NCBI GenBank assembly: GCA_963775465.1
Contig: CAVZIW010000008.1
Location: 82,746-146,745, forward strand
Direction: 5' to 3'
Length of the DNA stretch: 64,000 nt
Source of the DNA: Candidatus Bathyarchaeota archaeon
GTDB lineage: Archaea > Thermoproteota > Bathyarchaeia > Bathyarchaeales > Bathycorpusculaceae
The stretch's first letter is position 1; every line of letters begins with the position of its first letter. The notes under the pieces were generated by a model. The model did not search any database and was not told the DNA's origin. It was given only the letters and a program-made list of their open reading frames with translations. This document shows positions 18,873 through 28,219 of the stretch, in pieces. The position numbers and the translations under genes were made by a program.

Positions 18873-20222
18873 ATGGTAATACTGTCAGTCGATGGAGTAG
18901 AATGCCGTTACGGCTCGATTAAGATTCTAGAGAACGTTAGCTTAACTTTCAAGGAAGGAGATTTTGTCGGAATTCTGGGACCCAATGGTTCAGGAAAGAG
19001 TACACTTCTCAAAAGCATCAGTCGAACCCTCAAACCAACCAAAGGGACTGTGCTCCTCGACAAAACTGACATTTACGATATGAAAAGTGTTGATTTAGCT
19101 AAGCATATGGCCATAGTGCCCCAGGAAAGTAACATCGGCTTTAGCTTCACAGCTCTTGACATAGTTCTTATGGGACGTAACCCCCACATGAAACGGTTTC
19201 AGATGGAATCTGAAAAGGATATGGTGATTGTCCGTAAAGCTATGAAACAAACCAACACTTGGCAATTGGCAGACCGACCAATAAATGAACTGAGCGGAGG
19301 TGAAAAACAGCGGGTGGTAATCGCCCGTGCACTTGCACAAGAACCAAGAGTCCTGTTACTCGATGAACCACTAACCCATTTGGATCTAATTAACCAATTA
19401 GAGATCATGGATCTGGTTCAGGGCTTGAGTGCAAGGGATCACTTGATTGTTTTGGCAGTAATTCACGACTTAAACATAGTAGGTCGCTACTGCACCTCAG
19501 CTATTCTGCTTAAGGATTCATGTATTTACGCAGCAGGTCCACTTGATCAAGTCTTGACAAGTGCGAATATTAAAAACGTTTTTCATGTTGACGCCATCGT
19601 CAAAAAGAGTCCAGTCACGAATTCACCCTACGTTATTCCGCTCTCACCTCAAAAGACCTCGCTTGAACGCAAATGCGCTATCCACATAATATGTGGCGCC
19701 GGAACAGGTACTCTGATAATGAAAGCATTAGTGGATGAGGGCTATGTAGTGACAACGGGTGTTCTTAACACGTTAGACACTGATTATGAGACTGCTGAAC
19801 TCCTGAGAATTCCAACAGTAAGCGAGGCGCCATTTTCACCTATAACAAAAGAAACGAAGTTAGCAAACTTGGACATGATAAATCAAGCAGCTATCGTTGT
19901 TGTTACATCAGTTCCATTCGGGTTCGGCAACCTCTCTAACCTCGAAGCTGCACTGCAAGCACTGAAACAAGGCACTCGAACATACGTTATCGACGAGATT
20001 CCAATCGAGGTGCGAGATTTTACTAATGGTCGAGCAGTAACAATTTTTGCTGAACTGCGAAAACAGGGAGCGATATTCATAAAACATCCTTCTGAACTAC
20101 CCACTCTTGTAAATGCTACTCACAAATCGATTGAATTGTGTAAACTTGGACAAACTGAAATTCCAGGTCACTTAAAAGACGCAGTTAAAGTAATGCATTC
20201 AAAGAGAAAGGACGCAAAATAA
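18873..20222 (+). CDS. btuD: BtuD-type ABC ATPase with ~190-aa C-terminal Rossmann-like extension
   Basis: GPNGSGKST, LSGGEKQR, LLLDEP; extension IHIICGAGTG..VTTGVLNTLDTD. Confidence 0.88.
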   Translation: MVILSVDGVECRYGSIKILENVSLTFKEGDFVGILGPNGSGKSTLLKSISRTLKPTKGTVLLDKTDIYDMKSVDLAKHMAIVPQESNIGFSFTALDIVLMGRNPHMKRFQMESEKDMVIVRKAMKQTNTWQLADRPINELSGGEKQRVVIARALAQEPRVLLLDEPLTHLDLINQLEIMDLVQGLSARDHLIVLAVIHDLNIVGRYCTSAILLKDSCIYAAGPLDQVLTSANIKNVFHVDAIVKKSPVTNSPYVIPLSPQKTSLERKCAIHIICGAGTGTLIMKALVDEGYVVTTGVLNTLDTDYETAELLRIPTVSEAPFSPITKETKLANLDMINQAAIVVVTSVPFGFGNLSNLEAALQALKQGTRTYVIDEIPIEVRDFTNGRAVTIFAELRKQGAIFIKHPSELPTLVNATHKSIELCKLGQTEIPGHLKDAVKVMHSKRKDAK

Positions 20223-21322
20223 TGCAAAAAGCTGGGACCCCGATTCCATTTGGTGCAGAAAAACACAACAGAAAACTAAATCACTTCATCTGGTCTTGCA
20301 CCCGTGCTTACCCGGTTAAACATGTGTTTTCCCTTGGCGATGGCAAGCCTTTGCCAAATGAACTCAATACCGTTGAAGCTAAATCAATGCTCAAGAAAGT
20401 AGCTGATTTCGGGGTCGATAACTTGTTCATTTCGGGCGCAGGTTGGACAGGTGAACCGTTGATGCGCAAAGACTTCTCAGAACTTATCCGTTATGCATCT
20501 GAGCTTAAGTTGTCGCCTTACGTGAAAGTTACTGGTTGGCACTTTGACCAAAAGGTAGCTAACGAGTTAAAGGCAGCTGACTGTAAAGCCATCATTTGTT
20601 TTGCGGGACTTAAGGAAACTGACACCAAGCTCCGCGGCGAGGGCGCTTTTGAAGGAAGTACAAACGCCGCGCAACTATGCAAAGAAAACGGCATTCCATT
20701 CGCGGTAAGCGTAATCAATACAAAATACATCGCCAACCAAGTTACTGCTTTAGTCGAATTTGCGATAGGCTTAGAAGCACAAAGCTTCCACTTGGCATCC
20801 CTGATTCCGCAGCCCATAGATGTTGAAAATCAACTCGAGATTTTAGCTCCACTAGAACCAACTCCTCAACAAAGGGAAGACCAACTAGAAGAAGTTTACC
20901 ACTTAAACAAGAAGAAGCATGGTATAATTTCGATTGTACCTTACGAAATGTTCAACAACCGTCTACTCAAGACGAAAGATCCAGCCATTGAACTTAGAAG
21001 CACCTGCAGTATGTGTGATAACTTGCACAAGAACGAGTGGCTGGAAATCTTGGAAGATGGAAAAGCCTACGCATGTGCGCCTCTTAATCTAAAATTTGGC
21101 GATATAAGAGTTGACAGCATTGAGCAAATCATGGCTCGGATGAGAACCTCTGAGCGCCTGAAGTGGCTTGCTGACCGTAGTAACCTTAAGGGTAAATGCG
21201 GCATCTGTGATTATCAATCGATCTGTGGTGGTTGTAGAGCTCGAGCCTATATTTACACTAAAGACTATCAAAATCAGGATCCTGCATGTGTCTACATACC
21301 GAAAAAGGTCGAGAGAACATGA
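20222..21322 (+). CDS. Radical SAM/SPASM (NirJ/Ahb-like) homolog lacking the CxxxCxxC motif
   Basis: WSCTRA-YPVKHVFS in place of TRA-CxxxCxxC; ELNT, GEPLMRKD and RGEGAF motifs; SPASM CGICDYQSICGGCRARAY..DPAC. Confidence 0.85.
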   Translation: MQKAGTPIPFGAEKHNRKLNHFIWSCTRAYPVKHVFSLGDGKPLPNELNTVEAKSMLKKVADFGVDNLFISGAGWTGEPLMRKDFSELIRYASELKLSPYVKVTGWHFDQKVANELKAADCKAIICFAGLKETDTKLRGEGAFEGSTNAAQLCKENGIPFAVSVINTKYIANQVTALVEFAIGLEAQSFHLASLIPQPIDVENQLEILAPLEPTPQQREDQLEEVYHLNKKKHGIISIVPYEMFNNRLLKTKDPAIELRSTCSMCDNLHKNEWLEILEDGKAYACAPLNLKFGDIRVDSIEQIMARMRTSERLKWLADRSNLKGKCGICDYQSICGGCRARAYIYTKDYQNQDPACVYIPKKVERT

Positions 21323-21942
21323 CAAAAAATTATACATTTGATTCCCTAAAGAAAAAAGCCGCAGAGTTAGGTGCTGTTTCTGCAAAGATAATTTCAACAA
21401 AGAGTATCGTAATAGAAGACAGGGTTGTCTTAAAATGTAAACTTGGATGCGAAAAATACGGAAAAACATTGGCTTGCCCGCCGTATGCTCCAACTCCAGA
21501 TCAATTCCGAAAAATCGCAAATGAATACCATTATGCTATGTTTTTGAAGTTTAAGACAACAGCCCAAGCAAACTCCCAATTGATACCTCACCTAACAAGA
21601 ACAAACGATCCAACCCTTCCACCAGAGATAAAAAAGAAGGTGGATGCTTTCTGGTCTAGTTGGAAGATCAATACGCAAAAACTGCTAAGAGCCGTTTTAA
21701 CACTCGAAAAGGCAGCTGTTAAAGAAGGATACCTTCTGGCTGTTGGCTTTGTTTCGGGTTCTTGTCAACTTTGTGAAAATTGCAACTTAGAAAAAGGAGT
21801 GTGCATTCATCCTGAGACTAGACGCTACTCAGAGGAGGGGGTTGGAGTAAACGTTAAATCTACAGCGGAGAAAGCTGGAGTAGAATTTACTTTGCCTTTT
21901 GAGAAGACCCCGGAAACGTTTGCTCTGCTTTTAATTGATTAG
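21319..21942 (+). CDS. DUF2284 predicted metal-binding protein
   Basis: KCKLGCEKYGKTLACPP, GSCQLCENC..CIHP..RYSEEGVGVNV motifs; ATGA overlap with the upstream gene. Confidence 0.85.
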   Translation: MTKNYTFDSLKKKAAELGAVSAKIISTKSIVIEDRVVLKCKLGCEKYGKTLACPPYAPTPDQFRKIANEYHYAMFLKFKTTAQANSQLIPHLTRTNDPTLPPEIKKKVDAFWSSWKINTQKLLRAVLTLEKAAVKEGYLLAVGFVSGSCQLCENCNLEKGVCIHPETRRYSEEGVGVNVKSTAEKAGVEFTLPFEKTPETFALLLID

Positions 21943-22093
21943 ATACTTTGAATGTGAAAAGACTATTCTTTATTATTGGACGGATCTCGAAATCATTATC
22001 ATCAATGAACGCAATTAAAATAGAAATGTAATCTAAACCTTAAATAACAAAGACTCCAAACAAACAACCAGACTTAGCATTGCAGGGGTCAAA

Positions 22094-23179
22094 ATGAGCA
22101 TTAACCCAAAAATCAAAGGTATACAAGCTCAAGTCAAAGGAAGTGTACTTGTTATTCAATCCAAAACTCCTTTGAGGATTCTTAGTTCAGCTATTTTTAA
22201 CGGAGGTTTAAAATATGCAAACGCTTTGCTCAACATTCAGGTTCCAGAAGGCTTGGGCAGCGATAAAGACGATGTGCACTGGAGCCCTGAAGGTTTCTTA
22301 AACGAACAAGTGCAAATGCTAAATCTCGAAAAAGATAAAACAGTTGCACTTATGACAGCTGCCAAAATGCAAAACCTCGCAATCTGTCGTGACAAATGCA
22401 ATGAAACGGTATTGACTGTTTTTGCTACCGCCGGCAAAACAGTCGCCGTTACAGCAGGTGAACCTGCAGCTTCGAAAAACGGTTACAGAATTGGGACTAT
22501 AAATATTATTTTGCTCGTTGACGGAAACTTGACAGAGGGCTGTATGGTTGAAATCATTAAAACCATGACTGAGGCAAAAACGGTTGCCCTGCGCGAATTG
22601 GATCTTAGAAGCCAATTTTCTGGCGATTTGGCGACTGGAACGTTAACTGATAGTGTTTTGGTTGGATGCACAAACAGAGGTGAGTTGATCCAATTTGCTG
22701 GAACCTTTACCCTTTTAGGAGAATTGATAGGGAAATGTGTGCGGCAAGCAGTTAAATTAGCTCTCCAAAAACAGGAGAAACTTATCTCCGCAAGGCCGTT
22801 AATGGAGAGATTGGTTGAACGAGGCATATCACATCAGGTCATCATGTCGTTGAAGCCGGATCTAAAAAACAAAAATGTTAAGTTGATTCAAAAACAACTG
22901 GAGCTTCTTTTTATGGATAAAAATGTTGTTTCTCTTATTCTAGCGAGTCTTAGAATAGATGAAGATTATAGAAAGGGTTTAATCCCGGAAGGTGCAACCA
23001 GAAAAATCGATAAATCAACCTTCGAAGAGATCGCCTTTGCATCTTTAAGATGTCAGTTAAACGATGACACTTTCCTAGATGTCAAGAGTAAAATGGCAAC
23101 CGAACCAATGTTTCCGGGTCCCTTCACAAAGTGCCTTTTACTATCTATTCTAGAAAAAGCTGACTTAGCTGCTGCTTAA
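22094..23179 (+). CDS. cbiZ: Adenosylcobinamide amidohydrolase CbiZ with C-terminal CobZ-like (CbiS-type) extension
   Basis: LSSAIFNGG, LMTAA, GTINIIL, TEAKT and ATGTLTD motifs; tail ERLVERGI..DKNVVSLILAS. Confidence 0.85.
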   Translation: MSINPKIKGIQAQVKGSVLVIQSKTPLRILSSAIFNGGLKYANALLNIQVPEGLGSDKDDVHWSPEGFLNEQVQMLNLEKDKTVALMTAAKMQNLAICRDKCNETVLTVFATAGKTVAVTAGEPAASKNGYRIGTINIILLVDGNLTEGCMVEIIKTMTEAKTVALRELDLRSQFSGDLATGTLTDSVLVGCTNRGELIQFAGTFTLLGELIGKCVRQAVKLALQKQEKLISARPLMERLVERGISHQVIMSLKPDLKNKNVKLIQKQLELLFMDKNVVSLILASLRIDEDYRKGLIPEGATRKIDKSTFEEIAFASLRCQLNDDTFLDVKSKMATEPMFPGPFTKCLLLSILEKADLAAA

Positions 23180-23257
23180 GCCCTTCGCTAAACAGCCCGC
23201 TAAAGAAAAACATTACTATTCATACGGAAAAATAACATTCATTGGCTGGTGAATAGC

Positions 23258-23958
23258 CTGGGACCCTTCGATAATCTTTATCCTCTTAACCGGATTAGCG
23301 TTAGGTATAGTTCACTCTTTTGACCCTAACCATCTTATTGCTGTTTCAGCCTTGCTAATGCAATAATAAAAGCCTTCACAAATCAGTTGTCTCAGCCAAT
23401 GTGTGGGGAATCGGTCATTCCTTTATGCTTTTTTTGTGGGTTTGTTTATATTAATTTTCAAAGTGGCAATTCCAGATGCTATTGTTAACATTTTTGCACT
23501 TGCTGCTGGCATTCTGTTAATAATTTTAGGTGCCTTTATGCTTGGACCTATAATTGCCCAAAGACTTGGTCTAATCCACACAAAGAAACAAACTGATTAC
23601 CCATTATTGCTTGAAAATCAAATTGATTCAACCAAAGCGGTCAACATTCACTCTTTCACAAATCAGCCTTCACAGGCGCTTAGCAGGGGCTTGGCGGCAG
23701 TGCATAATTGATGTTAGTTACATTGGCAACTGTAAGTTCAGCTCAGTAGAGATAGGCTTGATTTTTATTATCTTATTTGGGTTAGGCTTAATATTTGGTA
23801 TGGTTTGCATCTCCTGTTTGTTGGGATCTATTATTGCATATGCAGCAAACAACTTGTCTAAAATTCACTTAATAATTATAGTTGTCACGGGTTCAGTGAG
23901 TAGCGGATTTGGCTTATTTATATGCTTGAACATTTTAATATTGAATAGCGATCTATGA
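23258..23958 (+). pseudogene. Decayed UreH/NiCoT-like nickel/cobalt permease
   Basis: Fragments in different frames: GLALGIVHSFDPNHLIAVS, WGIGHS, QGLGGSA*LMLV, GLIFIILFGLG; several frameshifts and an in-frame TAA. Confidence 0.7.
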
Positions 23959-24053
23959 TAATAACAACTTTTGAACGTTTAATAGTGATTCGCAATTCAA
24001 TCGGATTAAAAAAAATGAGAAAGATGTTGGAAGACAACCAACATTTGCGGCTT

Positions 24054-24584
24054 TTAGGTTTCGTTGAAAGTTGAGGCTGAAATTGTTGGGTTTATAACAA
24101 TATCGGAGACCACTGCGGATCCGATTGTTGTATCGTCGATTGAGTATGTAGCGTCTTCTCCGTTCCAATGTGTAAGGTTGTCTAGATAGTCTTGCCATGT
24201 TGCGCCCCAAGCAAGCCAATCGTCAGCAAAAACGCCTGCAGTCCATGTGGCTCCACTGTCCGTGCTTTCCCAAGCTGTTTGAGTGCCAGCGTTTAATATG
24301 TATGCATAGCCTCCTTCGAGGTCAACTCTGAATGTAACCATGTCGGAATGAATATCTTTGCCTTGCCACATGTACGTTGTTGTTGTTCCACCGCTTGTTA
24401 CGTCAGCGCTAAAAGATACGGTTGTTGCATCTGCTATCCCTGAAGGACCAGGCGTTGGAGTTGGTGTGGCTTCAGTATTGCCACTATTTCCGTAGTAGTA
24501 CCATGCTGCAACTCCTGCAATGACGATAATGATAATTACGACCGCAACAATAGCATAAGTTGATGTTTTACTCATAGTTTTCAC
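24054..24584 (-). CDS. Membrane-anchored surface protein with Thr/Pro linker
   Basis: N-terminal TM helix, ATPTPTP linker, acidic Thr/Trp-rich beta domain. Confidence 0.8.
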   Translation of the reverse strand: MKTMSKTSTYAIVAVVIIIIVIAGVAAWYYYGNSGNTEATPTPTPGPSGIADATTVSFSADVTSGGTTTTYMWQGKDIHSDMVTFRVDLEGGYAYILNAGTQTAWESTDSGATWTAGVFADDWLAWGATWQDYLDNLTHWNGEDATYSIDDTTIGSAVVSDIVINPTISASTFNET

Positions 24585-24771
24585 CGAATTTTTTCCTGAT
24601 CATCTGTTTTAGCGCTAACTTAATATAAGCTTTTCCAAAGGTTCAAAATATGCCCCTAAGACAGAAAATTCTTGCAGAATATTTAATCCTGGTAAATACA
24701 TGGAAACTAAAGAGTTGAAGGGTGCGTGAGAAATATCAATATTTTTTCGGAGAGCAGAGATGTATAATTGT

Positions 24772-26862
24772 TTATTTTTCGATTGAAATCTTGCTAACTC
24801 CAGCGTCTTTGTCGAGGGTAATTACGTGGTCAGCTTTGGCTGCGAAGGCTTCGCTGTGGGTTACTGCAATTATTTGTTCTATGGCTTTAAAACGGCTAAT
24901 AGCCTCTGCTAAGCGTTCAATACTGCCATCTTCACTTCCCAAGTTCTCAGTAGGTTCATCAAGCATAAGCATGCTAAGCCCATGTCCTGTCCTCGATAGC
25001 ATAATAAGTTGACCTAAACCTAACCGATATGCAAACGCCAGTAATGTGCGTTCTCCACCCGAGAGGTTACTTACTTCGCGTTCAAAGCCCCTTTCGCTTT
25101 TTACATAAGGTGTGTAAGTCTCATCGATAAGTACATTTAGAATTGGGGATTCGTCGCCCACCAAGCCGTCAAGCACTTGTTGAACAAAATTGCGTAGAAC
25201 CTTCACAAACTCACTTCGCAATTTAGGTTGAATGCTACGGTAAGCATCACGCATAGCTCCCAAAATTTCGGTGGTTTTACGGATTTTCTCTATTCGCTCC
25301 ATCTTTTCCTGTGCTAGGTTGATGCGTTCTTTAACGTCATTTAGGCATCTGGCGAGATCTCTTTTACGGTTTTCTTTTGTTCGCAAATCAGCCTCTAACA
25401 TGTAGTATTGACGAAAAGCTTGCTCTCGGTGATTTTTTGCCGCTTCAACATCGGAAAGATTAAATCTGCTGATTTCAAACTGTAACTCATGCAATTCTGA
25501 ATGTAAGTCGTTCTCAAGTTTTTGTTTTTCTTCATATTCTCTAAAGAGATTAGTAAGGTTTTGATCTTCTTCAGCCATTCGCACTTTTAAGTCAGTAACT
25601 CGAGTAACGTATTGACTCAAGGTTGAATGTGTCTCTGAGGCAACGTTTTTAGTTTTTTGGAGGTCTGCTATTTGAAGCCTTAGTTGGTTAATGGTTTTTT
25701 CTCGTTCGATATTTTCTTGGTTAATTCTACTCATCAAGTCTGTTTTGTATTTGCCTGTTAGAGGTTGGATACAAAGTGGACATTTGTCTTCGTTTCCTAA
25801 GGAGACTGCTCTTTTTTGATCCTGTTGCATGCTTCGTGAGGTTGCTTCTTGCTCGGCCTTTAGGGTGCTTATTTTGTCATCGAAGCCTAATAGAATATTG
25901 CGTAATTCTTCGATGGATTGATGAGAAGATACTCCTGTTTGCTGGAGCTTTTCATAGCATGTTCTTATTTGGGTTTCCAGTGAGGTTTGACGTTGGTGCA
26001 AGTTGTCAACGATGGTTTTTTTGCCTTCAATTCGTTGGGCAAGTGACACTAGAGTGGTTGACATGTTTTGGATGTTGGCGTTGCATCGAGCTTCTTTACG
26101 CTTTAGTTCTTCTACTGAGAATTTTTTCTCTTCCAACTGCTTCAGATTTGTGTTAGCTTCATCGAGAGTTTTTCTAGAAATCGTCAGTTTTTGGGTTGAA
26201 TTCTCCAAATCCATTTCTATTAATGTAAACTCTTCTGTAGCACGATTATATTCGTTGCTAAGTTTTTCCATACTATTAACATCTGGATCTTTCTCGTAAA
26301 GCCTTTTTTCGGTTTCATAATCTCTTTGATATTGAGCAATATTGCTCCAAGCAACTTCATAATCTGAAAGTCCAAATAATTCATCCAACCGTCTTTGTCT
26401 ATCTCTGGGTGAGGAATCAAGTAGTTCTTTGAGATGTTCTTGTCTGAACCAGACGATCTCACGGTAGAGTTCTTTGTCTAACCCCGTTATGGCTTTGATT
26501 TGTTCGGCTATAGCGTCATTTTTCATGCTAGCGACTAGTTTGTCATCTTCGTATAGTTTGAGTTGTTCATTATCTTGAGTGATGTTTTTTCCTTTGCGTT
26601 TTAAACCACGTGTAAGCTTGTAGGTTTTGCCATTTTGAGAGAATACCATCGTAACTCTGCACCAATCAGCGTCTTCCCGTATTAAATAATCAAAGCTTCT
26701 ACTTCCAATTGTGTCGCCAAACAAGGAAAAATCAACTGCGTAGAGTACACTTGATTTGCCCCGTCCGACACCTCCAACGAGGCAGTTGAATCCTCGTGTA
26801 AAAGGCACGGTTGATTTGATGTGGCTGCGGATGTTTTCGAGTTGGACGATTTCTATTTTCAA
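24772..26862 (-). CDS. rad50: DNA double-strand break repair ATPase Rad50 (696 aa)
   Basis: Walker A GGVGRGKSS, coiled coil, zinc hook CPLC, signature LSGGE, LDEPT; downstream of mre11. Confidence 0.9.
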   Translation of the reverse strand: MKIEIVQLENIRSHIKSTVPFTRGFNCLVGGVGRGKSSVLYAVDFSLFGDTIGSRSFDYLIREDADWCRVTMVFSQNGKTYKLTRGLKRKGKNITQDNEQLKLYEDDKLVASMKNDAIAEQIKAITGLDKELYREIVWFRQEHLKELLDSSPRDRQRRLDELFGLSDYEVAWSNIAQYQRDYETEKRLYEKDPDVNSMEKLSNEYNRATEEFTLIEMDLENSTQKLTISRKTLDEANTNLKQLEEKKFSVEELKRKEARCNANIQNMSTTLVSLAQRIEGKKTIVDNLHQRQTSLETQIRTCYEKLQQTGVSSHQSIEELRNILLGFDDKISTLKAEQEATSRSMQQDQKRAVSLGNEDKCPLCIQPLTGKYKTDLMSRINQENIEREKTINQLRLQIADLQKTKNVASETHSTLSQYVTRVTDLKVRMAEEDQNLTNLFREYEEKQKLENDLHSELHELQFEISRFNLSDVEAAKNHREQAFRQYYMLEADLRTKENRKRDLARCLNDVKERINLAQEKMERIEKIRKTTEILGAMRDAYRSIQPKLRSEFVKVLRNFVQQVLDGLVGDESPILNVLIDETYTPYVKSERGFEREVSNLSGGERTLLAFAYRLGLGQLIMLSRTGHGLSMLMLDEPTENLGSEDGSIERLAEAISRFKAIEQIIAVTHSEAFAAKADHVITLDKDAGVSKISIEK

Positions 26863-28065
26863 TTCGCCAACTCCTCGATAGCCTGTTTTATTTTTTCATC
26901 CTGTCTCTTTGCCAATGGTTCAACGAGATTAATTGCTGTATTAGCAATTTTTTTTGCGTCTTCTTTTCCAAATCTTTCGTTAAAAATTTGCTCAAAATAC
27001 TCAAATGCTTTAGTCTTTAGGTCTTTAAATCCGCCCTCAAAGATTGACCTAACGGTTTCTTCTGAAACAGCCGTTTCTTTAAGTAATACAATTGGGTGGA
27101 CGATAAGAGCCTTTTTGGCGGCTGCCCGAATTTTTCCTAAATCAATTTCTGTGCGACTCGCTTCCGCAGGCAAAGTACCTTTCAATACGGGTACTACAAC
27201 CGCATCTTGGCAATCAGCTTCTTTTACCATTTGAGTGGCTATCTCGGTAATTCTTGTTGATGGCATACCCGTGAAGTCATGTTCCAATATAACGAATCTT
27301 CTGGGGGAAGTTAATTCTATCACTTCAGGCTGGATTTGGCCTTTTTCATCAACTTTAACGTGGTAAAAGCCCTTGATTACTGTGGCTTCGTTATAACTAA
27401 CAGTTTCTGTGCATCCGCTATAAGCTATGATAACCTTCTTTGAATTTAGCCAAGAATCGTTCGTGTACATGTCCCGCTGCATAGTAGCAGAAGCCACTGG
27501 GCAGTTGTTCGGGTGAAATTTCTGCCTCAATATAGGGTGGCTTTACATTTGGTAGATCCACTGCTCCGTGCAAGACAAAGATGTTAGCGATGTCGGCTTC
27601 TGGAGTTGGAATGTTTTCAGCCATAAACTTTGGGAGTTCTTGTTGTGTTTTGTGTCGGTTGTGATAGTTTGGGATGCCGTAAACATAGCAGGATTCGGTC
27701 TTTCTCCAACATGCGCCTTGGTGTCTTGGCAGATGAATGATAAGTCCTGCGCTGTCTAACGGATATAGAATGGTGCTGGTGATGGTATTTGGAGCTGAAT
27801 CATGTGATCCATCTACAGTTAGAACTGGAATATCTGCATCTTTTAGTAGCTTAAAGCTTCGTATAGTGTTTTCTAATGTAACATTGGTTGGACGTGCTTG
27901 ATGGAATATGTCGCCTGCAATAATCATGAAGTCAGGTTTTAACTCGATTGTTTTCTCTACAAGCTCTCTGAATGCGTTATCAAAGTCTTGCCTTCTAGCC
28001 TCTAAGCCATACTGTGAATAGCCTAAATGCAAATCTGATGCGTGAACAAACCTGAACGGTTTCAA
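26859..28065 (-). CDS. mre11: Mre11 nuclease, split by a +1 frameshift at ~27435
   Basis: DLHLG, AGDIFH, GSHD and AGHVH phosphoesterase motifs; removing one T joins KFKEG to IIAYSGCTE. Confidence 0.9.
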
Positions 28066-28219
28066 GCTGGCGACTCCCTGATGTTTCGCTTTTCTTGTTG
28101 ATTAGTGTCTACTTGTTTTAAAGCGTTTATGCAAGTTTTGGTTTATGGATTTTTACGTTTTGAAGGGGAAAAATATAAACCATCATTCATATTTTTAATG
28201 GGAAAGGCGCCAAATAGTC

